Below, piece after piece: positions 14,401 through 25,550 of a stretch of 64,000 nt of DNA. Both the position numbers and the translations under genes were made by a program. The stretch is from NCBI RefSeq assembly GCF_001949145.1, contig NW_019091357.1, positions 1,638,746 through 1,702,745 of the forward strand. The letters are read 5' to 3'. Every line of letters starts with the position of its first letter. Within the stretch, counting starts at the first letter, position 1. A model generated the notes under the pieces. It was not told the DNA's origin, made no database searches, and was given only the letters and a program-made list of their open reading frames with translations. Source of the stretch: Acanthaster planci. Its lineage: Eukaryota.

Positions 14401-15127
14401 CTCTCCAACTGCAAAGTGTTCATTCTTAACACTTATGATGCCATAATTTTAATCAGGTGTGAATGTTGACTTTCATGGACTAGTCTGGTTCCCCGTCTCA
14501 TTCCGTTTGCAGATTACCAAGAATCTGTATGACATGCTACTGGTGGTGGATCAGCATTGTAACCAGATCATACACATGGATGTCATCTGCGACTTCCTGT
14601 ATCCTTTTGAGTCGAGAAATGTACTCTTGAACTCTTGATCAGATCAAGCTGTCATTTTTGATGTAAAACTTCTGAGTTAAGCCAGGAGTTGGGTGTATCT
14701 TTCTGAATTATAATCAGCTTCATTGCCACAAAAGGTTCATCAGTGTATGGTTGAGGTCTGACTCAGAGGGTCAAAGATTGCAACTTTGCTGTCGTTTAGC
14801 ACAAACAAAAAAAAAGGGACTGATAGTTTGGAAGTTTGAAAAAGTGGATTTTCTTTACAATAAAAGCACCACAAGTGAAAGTGATTTGCCAAAAATTGAT
14901 AAGCCACGAAAAACGTTGGTAAAAAATATATTTGCAGGGTATAAATGAATATCATGGTTCGTTAACTCCTCACTGCCAGCTACCACATCAAGTACATGTT
15001 TGCCGGCGACGGTATCAAGGCAGACACTGACCGCGTCATCAAGAGTTTACGACCGGCGTGGCAACTGAGGCTGCGCTTCATCAGCCGTGGGGTGGACCCC
15101 TCCGCGGTGCCTCAAGTGGCCAACTAA
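2469..15127 (+). CDS. MED23: Mediator of RNA polymerase II transcription subunit 23, about 1372 aa, 31 coding exons
   Basis: Exons: 2469-2522, 2745-2776, 2955-3042, 3341-3465, 3782-3893, 4072-4275, 4705-4887, 5164-5259, 5381-5584, 6026-6169, 6577-6722, 6962-7035, 7167-7341, 7479-7627, 8164-8338, 8678-8841, 8968-9165, 9311-9416, 9675-9843, 10042-10113, 10261-10431, 10831-10947, 11346-11445, 11678-11807, 12125-12231, 12576-12741, 13096-13168, 13435-13664, 13956-14076, 14513-14598, 14980-15127 (sum 4119 nt, in frame). Diagnostic MED23 motifs: LLRYVLEQPYSRDMV, LWQHLSSQLIFFVLF, ETYSRLLVYMEIESLGIKGFI, DWRFNEFPNLAAHALHVTCVELMAL, HLVGPFLQRF. Confidence 0.97.
10618..10780. mobile_element. Palindromic MITE-like element, family A copy 1 (MED23 intron)
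   Basis: Near-full-length inverted repeat (TATGGGCAATGCACAGTAGTGCGCCACCAA ... TTGGTGGCGCACTATTGTGAATCGCCCGTA), TA-flanked. Second copy at 38121-38278. Confidence 0.8.
12232..12575 (+). other. U12-type (minor spliceosome) AT-AC intron in MED23
   Basis: 5' splice site ATATCCTTT at 12232, branch site TCCTTAAC at 12543-12550, 3' end CAC at 12575. Removal gives RLVD-T-VSGKTQPLFQNMDWRF, colinear with vertebrate RLVDTMAGKSPGPFPNCDWRF. Confidence 0.93.
14599..14979 (+). other. U12-type GT-AG intron in MED23 (last intron)
   Basis: 5' splice site GTATCCTTTT, branch-like TTCGTTAAC at 14958-14966, CAG at 14979 without a long pyrimidine tract. Removal gives ICDFL-YHIKYMFAGD. Confidence 0.88.
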
Positions 15128-18100
15128 AGCCAGTGGCTGATTGCCAAGTGGGAAAGAACGTGAACAGGACCAGCAAGCTAAACAATGGATGTTCAGCAGA
15201 AATTGAAGCGCTGCATGTATTTGCTTTGCACTCACTGATGGGGGCACCCTATCACTCGCTCGGTTCGTCTGCTAGCGAGTTATCGCGGTCACGGTGGTCA
15301 ATCTCTTGTCCTTTTTACGAGGAAATCAAGGCTAGCGCGACCACGACTGACTTTGGCTTTTTTTCCTATTACTCGGGATGTGAAATTGTGCATGACAAGT
15401 GCCATTTCACGCCATGTACTAGCAGTTTCTAAGATTCATATTATGAAGACATTTTAACAGAATTTATGCTGTTGAAGAACAGGTGACAGATCTCAGAAGC
15501 AGTAGGTCTAACACATCAGAAATAATTTGTACCAGAGCACATATTTTTCATTACATCATTATAAATTTATTTTCCCTCAACCTAGAAGCACAATTTTCAG
15601 GTGAACAAAAGGAAAAAATAAAGCTTTAAACTGATGTCCCTTTTTTCTTTTTGTTTAATGGAATACATGTGGAATTAGCTCAAAATCTTTCAAAAATATA
15701 TGTTATGGCAACATTTCATTGACAATGATTATCGGTAAGCTTATGGAAGTAAAACCTGTTTCATTTTATTTAAATACCTTGCTTGTCAACTTAAATGTAG
15801 TGGATAAAATAAAAATTTCTTGCTACTTAAGTGGTATTTGCCAGCATTCTTGAATTGTTCCTACATTTTAATTGCTTCTTTCATGAAGCCAAATTCTAAC
15901 CACACTCCATCCACAAGTACATGTATTACATACATAAGCACACAGCTATCAAAAGTGTCGAGCACAGTATCTGTAACTGAAAATTGTAACAAGCTGTGTG
16001 GAGGGCGAGTTGCTCATTCATTTTTTTTTCCAATCTGAACAATTTTTTTCAATCATTTTATAACACATCAAGACTGTGGTCTCATTTGAGAGAAAAAAAG
16101 ACAAAAAGAAACAAGCTAATGCCCTGAAAATACCAAGGCTTCAATTCACACAGTGACCACTTATCAAATTAGTTTGACTTTTAAAAAGCGTACACGCATT
16201 AAAAGAGAAAATAGGCAAAGGACTCCTCAGCTTTCGTTTCCATTCCTCGCCTCAACAGGCCTGGCACTAACTACATGACAGCAAGAACAAATTCACAGAA
16301 ATAAGAACCAATGTCCAGTGTTCACTGCCAGAAACACAACAAATCAGTTCTGTGACCTTCAAGCTCGTGCCTGCTTCTCTGAAAAAAAAAAAGGGAACGT
16401 ACGCACAATACATGAACTATCTTCATGTGACGAAGGCTAAACCATTCATGATTACATGACTGTAGCACTGCTCTTTGATCTTGGGAGAAAACAGAAAAAA
16501 GGAAATCAATGAAGGAGGACCGGCAAACACACATATACAATTCTGTAAAGTTGGTGGTAATCTTTAATTTAAAGGTTTTAACCTGTTTTATCTTGTGTCA
16601 ACCACTTTTGTTACCTCATTTACAATTCTCACATTTTTAAGTCAGATAAAAAAAAATTATCCATTATGTATAGTTTGCTCAAAGTAATACTTGGGTCGAT
16701 TGTTCCCTAATAATGCCAGTGCACTTCTCAGACAAGACATCTGCAAATAACTGCAAAAGTCTTCTCACAGTAATGCGAATTTGTATAAAAAAAAAAGTCT
16801 CAGTACACAGAAAAAAAAAGGAAAAATTACAAATCCATAAAGCTGAAAAAATGTCTTCATATTTCTAATTAAAACAAATTACCACCCTTTTCCGATTTTA
16901 AAAGGACAAAAATGTCTTTACAAGAGAACAAGGCAAGAAAAATAAGAGCAAAAATTCAAAATTTATAGCAAATTTACGATTCCATCTGTTTTTCACTATT
17001 AAACACGGCCTATTAAAAAACATCATACATGTAGATAAACAATTCTGTCGCAATAAAGCATATGATGACATTTTTGAAAACATTTTTAGAAGAGAAGCTT
17101 AAAAGTTTCAAAGTTGATAAAGATGAGCAATACTATGTTGTCTTGACATGTATACAGGCAAGCTGCGGTATACAGGCAGACGTTATTGCAGTCAACATAA
17201 TCTGAAGTTTGCCAGTCAGAACAATTGATCCTGTTCGCAGATGTTCACGGTGTCTAACAGTTTCTGCCAGCACCTATCATTTCTTTTCACCTCCGGTATT
17301 CAAGACAACGCTCGCTCTTTTGTCAAGAATACAAATTGACAATTTTTTTTCCTCCTGCTTTTCTCCAGAACAGCAAAATAATTTTACACGTGCCCAGCAG
17401 GGCCAACTGGCTACAACAGAATTCACATATACAATACTGCACACAACTCCAACAAACTTAACAAAGAATTTGTTCACAAACAACTGCAGTATCAAGCAGT
17501 ACCACAAACTCTCCATTAAAAAAAATGGAATATTACGGCCACTTTTTTTTTTCACTAAATTTACTTTTGCGATTTGTCATTTCTGGCCTTACATTTTCTT
17601 CGAAGTTTCACTTTCATTTCATGGTGAAAATATCACATACATAATGTAAACAATACAACAGCAGTTTTTTATAACTCCATCAGCAGTTCTACGCGCTTAA
17701 TTCTTAAAAAACAAAAAAAACGGAAACAAGTACATGGTTCGGCATTTGCCATCAATTGATCAAACCAATTCCTTATTAAATGATCCCACCAAAAACCTGA
17801 AAATACAAAAATAAAGATTTATTTCACCCCTTTTTCCCTTCACAGCAACGAACATTTGGCAAAGACTGGTTTCTCATTTCTCTTAGTTGATCGAAAGGAT
17901 CCTGGTATTCCATCTCCCAATGCACAAGTGTTTTGAGCGTCCAGTTGCAAAAATCCCACTTACACGTATCTACTTTTCTTTTCAAGTCAATGCACGTCTT
18001 TCAGAAATCAACTTTTGAGTAACCTGAATATTCCCCCCCCCGGTTAGTGGGAGGTTGTTTGACACATCTCTACTGCAAAGTCTACAACTTCTTTTTTTGT

Positions 18101-18852
18101 CACGATTTCTGCACAAGATTGACAGTGGAATGTCTTCATGGGTTTGTCGGAAATATATTTTACACAAAATAACAAGTTTCTTTTTCATTCCCGATCAAAT
18201 TTTCAAAGTCCAAAAAAAAAAAGCACCATGGCTATTTACACTGACTGTACAAAAGGCATCAATGAGCTTATCAAATATATCGGTTTGCTTTCTCTGAGCT
18301 ATATTTCTCTTCCGAAACCTTTTTGGAAGATGACAGGAAACCCTAACAAATCTAACATTCTGCATCCATCAACATTTCACAATTCAACCTATCAAAGGTT
18401 GTCTGCATCACAAGAAGGAGACAGACTCACCAGTCAGCCAATCAGGTGGATGATATTCGTTTCAGCATGTCTCCTGACATTTATCTCACCAATCACAAGG
18501 AAGCTCTCGTAGGGCATCAATCAGAAGGAGCCAATCAATTACTTTGTATTTTTGGTCATATTTGCTTACCAAACAAGCCTTTTTTCTACATCCACCCAAA
18601 AGAACAATAGCCAATTTATTGCTTTTGGGGTGCCAATCAGATAAAATCACAGTCATTACGACCCGTCCCATCCAATCAAATTCTGTGAAACCTTTACACG
18701 AGACCCTTTGATGCAAATGACAATGTTACCTGAAACACAGTGTAACTTAGACCTCCACTTGCCGTGGTCAGCCAGCACCAATCTGGGGAATGATGGAGCT
18801 CACATGACTTGGATAGCTTAACAGAAACGCCCAATCAGCTTGCAGGGAGCCA

Positions 18853-21800
18853 TCAGAGGTCCCGCCGTACCTTTTTGCGGACCTTCTTTGGTTTTGCTTC
18901 AACCCAATTATCTGTTGGGATTCAAAAGAAACAACTTAAAGCTCTCTGGTTTCCCGTTTTGCCACGTGTTCCATAAATGTTGACTTTGATGAGAAAGGAA
19001 CAAAAGAAACTCTAAGACGTTTAAATTGGGACTTTGTAATTCATTTCCCTTCTCACCGTTTTCTGGGACTTCAGGCACTGTTGCTTGTACTGGGGTTACC
19101 GGGGTCGGCTTGGGCGTTGGGGATCCTGACGGCAGTTTATCACTGCTTGTGTCGGGGGATTTGGCACTGGGAACTCCTTCGGCCTTCAAGAGCGGCAAGG
19201 AATGTGAAGATTCTGCACCGAAAGTATCGAGTGGAAACTCTGATTCACTTGAGCAAAAATGAGCAAAAATACACAAAGCATAGGGGAACCCCCTGAACGA
19301 AAACCATCCCTGGATTCAAAACACCTCAGTATAACTACGTTTCAGTTACATGTAGTTGACCGTGATGTCTAGTGTCAACAATGATGTGAAAATTACAGGA
19401 AATAAATGCCCATCACAGCAGACTTTTTGACATTACCTGCACAGTTGCATATTCTATCAAAGTGAAAAGAACCCGATACTTTTCCTTCCAAATGTTAAAT
19501 GATCCCTTCCTTGAACAACACGTGCGGTGTCATACGTATACCTCCCTGTGGGAATTCATGTCAACTCACCGCCATTAATCGCCTCCGATGACTTGCCTTT
19601 GTTTTCGTTCCCCTCTTTCCTTTTATTCTTCTTTCTGCTACTCTTACTGGTTTCACTGTCAACCTTGGGCTCAGTGGACTGAACCACTTCGCTTTTAGGG
19701 GAGGCTGACTGCTTTGAAGTCGGCTCCGGTGTCGGGGAAGTAGATTCTTTTTTCGGTTTCTGAAGCAAAGAAAGCAACAGACATTTAACTTGAAATGAGA
19801 AAATGATGGACGAGAGCAGAATGACAGTGGGTCCCCCCCCCATGACCTCAAGTTAAGGCCCTACCTTCTTGGATTTACTCTTGGTACTGGCCACAGGGGC
19901 AGTACTTGACTGGGTTTGAGTGTCCTGGAGTTGTTTCTCGTCCTTCTTAGTCTGCGAAGACTGTTTACCAGCCCCGGCTTTCTTCCCAGACTTGGCCGGG
20001 CTGCCTTCAGAGGACGACTTAGACTTGGCTGGGCTGGCGTCTGCACTGGATGGGGCTGAGTTGTTAACTTTCTGGCCGGACTTCTTTTCCTTGGACGGCT
20101 TGGCATCTGGTGATGAGAAAAGGAACAAAAAAAATAGCCATCAAGCTTGATTTGCTTCAATTAAGATATTCTAAACCAACGTGGATAGCAAGACACACTG
20201 TCGGCTATTGAAGCTGGTGAAGTTGAGCAAGAGAAGGCATTAACAAAGAAAATGTGAATAAACAACAAATGGCTAGATAGCTGAAAAAAGGTAGTTAATA
20301 ATTCAATTCATTCTATAACAAGAAAACAGTCAACGGCAGTACGGTCCAGCTCGGGCAAATCTTACTGAGAATGTTTCCAGACTGTACATTTCTTTCAGTT
20401 ACAGTCACCAGTATTTCCGTGGACCATCATAAGTCCCTTCATAAGTCCTTTTGCAAATTCAGCCACAAGACTATGAGATAGAAAAACGTCTGTCCAGCAT
20501 TTGGCACAGAATATGAGATTCACGTTATTCTTACCAGTTTTTATGGGACTCGTCTCCTCTGTTTTTGCTGTCTTCTTGTTCTTGGAGGGCGAAGACCCTT
20601 TCCCCTCTGGTTTCTTGGAGCCCTCTGGTGTTGGCGCAGCGGGGGCCTTTGAGGACTCTGCATCTGGCTTAGCCTTGGCTGGGGAGATCTTATCAGCAGA
20701 TTTCTTGCCGGACTTCTTGGCTGGACTCTGCTGAGGGCTCGAAGGAGGAGGAGACTCCTGCTTGTTGTCAGCAGGTGGCGGCACCAGTTTAGGGGTGTCT
20801 TCCTGTGTGGTCTGTTTTTACAAATGAAAATGGTGGTTTGTCTTTTTCTCATTATAAATCTTTATATTAATTTGTGCAGAACTAAGAAGCAAGAATTTCT
20901 CAAATGCTTCAGGCAACCTGGCTAAACACAGTAAAAGGCTGCATTTCAGCTAATACATGAGAACAAGGATTCTTTCTGATAAAATAAAAAGTTTATTCAA
21001 TGAAATCTGTCAAAAAAGCTTCGTGTTTAAATCCATCTCAATGCTTTAAGGAAAATCTTTGAATCATTATGGTTTTCTTTGATGCAACATTTTGACAACA
21101 TACTTTCAACTTTTTGCGATTCCTGCGAGACTTGCTGGGAGTGAAACCATCTTCGTCGGCTCCGGCATCCTTCTGATTGGCCGGGTCAGCATCTGCTGCG
21201 ACCCCGTTGGTCAGGCCGGTGGACTCCGTGGTCTGATTGGCTGTTTCCTGCTGCTCCGATTGCCCCTTCTTCTTTCTCTTCTTGCCTTGATCAGGGGAGG
21301 GTTCTGGGATGGGGGCTGACCGGGTAGTTTGGACACTGGAAGCCTTGATTTGGTTTTCAACAACCTCATGTTCAAAACAAAATGAATTACAGGTAAATGA
21401 AGTTTTCAAAGACCACACGTATAACCAAACCCCATTTTCATGCACTCAAATTTTGTCACCCACCAATTTTCACCTGAAATGCACCTTTGGATTATACAGT
21501 ACAACATGATTCATTCAAGGCCTGGGTTCCTAACTACCTTTTTTGGAGAGCCTTTGGGCTTTTGCGATATCTCCGTTTTCCGTTCCCCTTCCTCCTTCCC
21601 AACCCCCTCTCTCGGCCCCTTCTGGGACCCCTTCTGGTCATCCCTGGCTCCTCTGGGGGACTCCCTGGGGGACTTGCTGGCTGGCTTGGCCGGTGCTTCG
21701 CCATTCTTCACTGAGGCCTGCTTGTTCTGTTTCTTCTCTTTGCGCGATGTGCCAGTTACTGTGATCCAGGCCTCACCTGGTCAGGAAAGAGACAACTTAC

Positions 21801-23721
21801 TTTAATTGGGCTCAAAGTGAAAATGTCATGGGCATTGTGTGGTGTGCTTGTGAGAGCTTATACAAAGGTGAAATCATAACTTTTACGCTGTACTTTATAT
21901 CTAATGGCTTTTTCATTTATCATATATTCACAGCCGAGCACAGCAAGGATTAACACTAAACAGAAATGAACACACCTTCATCTTTACCTCTACTGTCTTC
22001 ATCCTCTTTGATGGCGGCCACTTTCTTGGGAGCTTCACCCCCCTTCTCAATGCTCCCTTCGCTGGCCTTATTCTTGACTGGCTTGTCCTTCTTGGGCGAG
22101 ACTTTGGGAGGGGTTTCCTTGGCAGGCCCCTCTTCCACCCTGTGACCTTTGACCTGCTTGTCCTCACTAGGGCTGTCCAACAGCAGTTTGGCGTGGCCAT
22201 TGGTGCTGGGCTTGGAATCTGACCCGGATAATTTCTGCAGACACAACAAAATCCTAAATGTGCACCTCACCAAAGCATCGCAAATAGACACAAACTTTCA
22301 TTTCTGAACTTGAAAATTTTCATCGGTTACTGTATTTTGATATTTGACATCGGCACCCTGAGACCCACATTCTTAGCTTAACAGGCTTTAATGTGCAAAG
22401 GAAGGAGAGTCCGTTGGGGTTAAAATTCCTGCCCCTCAAAAGAGAAAAGTATTGCTGAGATACACCTCAGTTTGGAAGGACTGAGTCTGGTACAAGTCCC
22501 AGTATACATCAAAAGAAAATATCCAAAATGAGAGGAGAAAAAAATTTTCAATAATTGATGCCCCCAAAAAAGTTAAAATACCCAACTATCACTCAAATAA
22601 ATGTCCTCCATTGACTCATATAATTAGGATGCCTGTACTAAAGAATGAATGCTTACTATACATAAATATATTTCATCTACATTAAACTGGGCTGCCTATT
22701 AGGACTGAGTTACCAGTACTGCAAGGTCAGCCTTCCGAAGAGACAACACGTCCAGAAGAGTCCAATCAAAACTTTTACTTTGAAAATACGTAGAAATTTT
22801 TCAGACCAGGCTCATAAGCTTAGGGTTTGTGCACAGGGTGTGAAGTGATGTCCATGTATGAAACTCTTTCCTAGCTTCTCAAATGATAAAAATCACACAA
22901 GGGTAGCTTATGATGTCAATAAGACCATGGAGGAATAAGAACACATTCCTCCATGATAAGACAGAGCTGAATCTCAAAATTAGTTCACTTTATGCAAAAT
23001 AATCTCATGATATGTCATGATGTTGAAAATAAAATAACTAGTCATGCCCTTTTTTTATTATGGATAAATTATAAATGAAAATAAACATCCACTTTTACGA
23101 CCATCATGTCCTTTAATTTGAGCCTCTTCTGAAATGTGCCAACTTCTTAGTTCTAAATCATTCGTGCGTAAAAGTGGCCTTCTGAAGGTCATAATTTGCT
23201 TGCAGACATCCACCATATGGTTCGTGAAAAATTATGCCACGACGCACCGCCATGCGAGACGCCCAGTCGCTAATCGGACAGCACGACGCGGTGTCAGCCC
23301 ACATAACACATCGCACATGAACGACGAACATGTACCACTGCGTACCATGCCGCGGCCAACGAAAGACTAGTGTTAAATTCAACGTTATCACTGACGTAAA
23401 CAAACTTAATTTTCAGCATTTATGGACGGCTTTGGTATTTAGCATCTGGAATGTAAGGTTCAGAAGGTTATTGGGCACACTGACTTAGCTAGCAAAGAAT
23501 ATTCCATCGTTTTAGACTTGTTTAGACAGCGAGATTTTTTGCATTTTACCAACCTTGACGCGCTTGCCACGTCTATTTCGCCTTTCGTTCTCATCTTCGA
23601 ACATGGAACTTGGAGGTTGTGTCGGACTTCGGAAGCCAAAAGTGAAGACAAGAACGACGAAAACGACGACGACACAGACAGGAATGTAGACGAAAAGCGG
23701 CTGGATCTCGGTGCCTTCCAT
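18853..23721 (-). CDS. Single-pass membrane protein with a long Lys/Ser/Pro/Glu-rich disordered tail, metadherin/LYRIC-like, about 620 aa
   Basis: Exons (minus strand): 23721-23554, 22234-21976, 21776-21538, ~21343-21104, ~20811-20535, 20106-19865, 19759-19570, ~19240-19057, 18911-18853. Phases are consistent, but three acceptors are uncertain. N-terminal TM segment LFVYIPVCVVVVFVVLVFTFGF followed by a basic patch, internal DEGEAWITVTGTSRKEKKQNK, C-terminus DNWVEAKPKRSAKKVRRDL*. The gene is well supported; the family assignment is inference. Confidence 0.8.
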
Positions 23722-25550
23722 TTTTCAGTTTGCTGTCACCTAAACTGGGAGAGTTTGGCGTTCATTTGGTGGCGGAATTGCAACAAATGGCTCAAAAACA
23801 ATCACAGCTGGCGATGTGAATTTCTAGCTCAAAACACATGTGACGTCAATGGATGAGGTCAAAGGCTGCATAGTATTTTCACTTGGTTCCCTCAACGCTA
23901 TTTAAATTACACTTACACGCAGGATACCAGCCTTTTTTAGCAAGTTGAATATGCAAATTGTCACGAGACCGACACGGCTTACAAGACAATGCTTTTTCCC
24001 CTCAAAAAAAAATTTGGTTACACTCTGAATACCTATTTTTTTGCGCTTGCCGTATATTTGTGCCTGATTTTAAGTATGAAGATTTTATTTTGGGCGCAAG
24101 TTTCTTCTTGGTAAACATCAAAGAGACAACATCTTTCGAGTAGTATTTTTGTACCTTTATTTTCAATGCATTACTTAAGTCGTAGATCATCAATCTCTCA
24201 TTTTTATATATTGTAAATATTTACAAGTTGTTCGCCTGCTTTGATAGGACAAATAAAAATAACACAACCTGTACGTTTTCATGTAATCCATCGACACATT
24301 TTCTTTGTAGGGAAGATCAATCAGAAAATAAGTACATTTTTCCAAGTTCCTATACATGTACATTCCACAGTGATTTTAAGGGTTAATTTATTTCAAGTCT
24401 AGTCTGAATCCAACAGCAATACCATAAAATGAATTTAAAAATTTCTGGATATTAAATGCAACCAAAGACAACCACTTCTAAAGATATACTATCCTGGAAA
24501 AATGTTGTGGGAGGTAAATAGGTGAAAACTTTACACATACAAAGGTATTAATCAACTGTAACAAAAGCTTTCTACTTCGGTTTTGAAAATCTATCGTCTT
24601 CAGGGTGCCCAACGTCAAGGCAGAATGAGTTTTGCAGAAGCCTTTACCACTCTTCCACTTAATAAAATGTTAAAATATGGCAAATTTTTCATTGTACAAT
24701 TTCAATGCAAAACTACAAGCAACTTTCTAAGGCATGCCAGCTTAATCAAAATACTCCGAGTTGATACAAATCTTAAAGCGCCACTGACACACACATTCTA
24801 TTAGTACACATACAATGTTAATATCCATTGGTTAATAAATCTTAAATTTGGTGACATCAGTTGAAAAAAAAACTCCATCCTTTACAAGGCTTCCAAAGCT
24901 GGCAGAAGAAACGTGACATCAATTTGTTGTGACTCTTGACAGTGAACTCCCAGCCCAGTTTCCCCGCATATTTTATTTACTCAATATCTACATATCTCAA
25001 TGTACATTCAAATTCTCATTTCTTCTCCAAAATACCTTTTTTTTCAAAATTCCCTCCCACCTAAAACAAAACAACCTCCTTTCTCATTTTACTCTTCATC
25101 CCAACCACACGTTTACACAGTTTACAAAATAGCATATTTTCTCGCAGAAAAGGCAATAGCACAGCGTGATCATGTTTCTTGCTCTAGAAATGGACTTAAC
25201 GTTTTAGCGGAGCCAAAAGCTAAAACACAATCTGTAACTTACTGTAGGACTGCTTAAAAAAAATCATCTCAAGCTGCAGCAAAAAATAAAACACATACAT
25301 TCCTTTCTACTGACCAATTAACATACAATTGCTAGTAATGGCATACTTGTAAGATAAGAAATTCACCTTAAGAGAGGTTAAGAGTGTTTAGAGTGGGAAG
25401 TTATTTTTGGAATAATCACTGACTTCCTAATATGATGGCTTCCTGTCAATTTGCATTCAGTTCTATACAGATACGACAAACGTATTTTGTATTTCTAAGA
25501 TTTCCAAGGATCTTATGCTCCATTCCAATCCCACGATGGACTGCAGCTGC

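Noticed and set aside
14309..14432. ATATCCTTTT and TTCTTAAC inside MED23 intron 14077-14512, resembling a nested U12 intron
   Set aside because: The flanking exons join correctly through ordinary GT-AG sites, and no coding exon borders these motifs. Probably chance.
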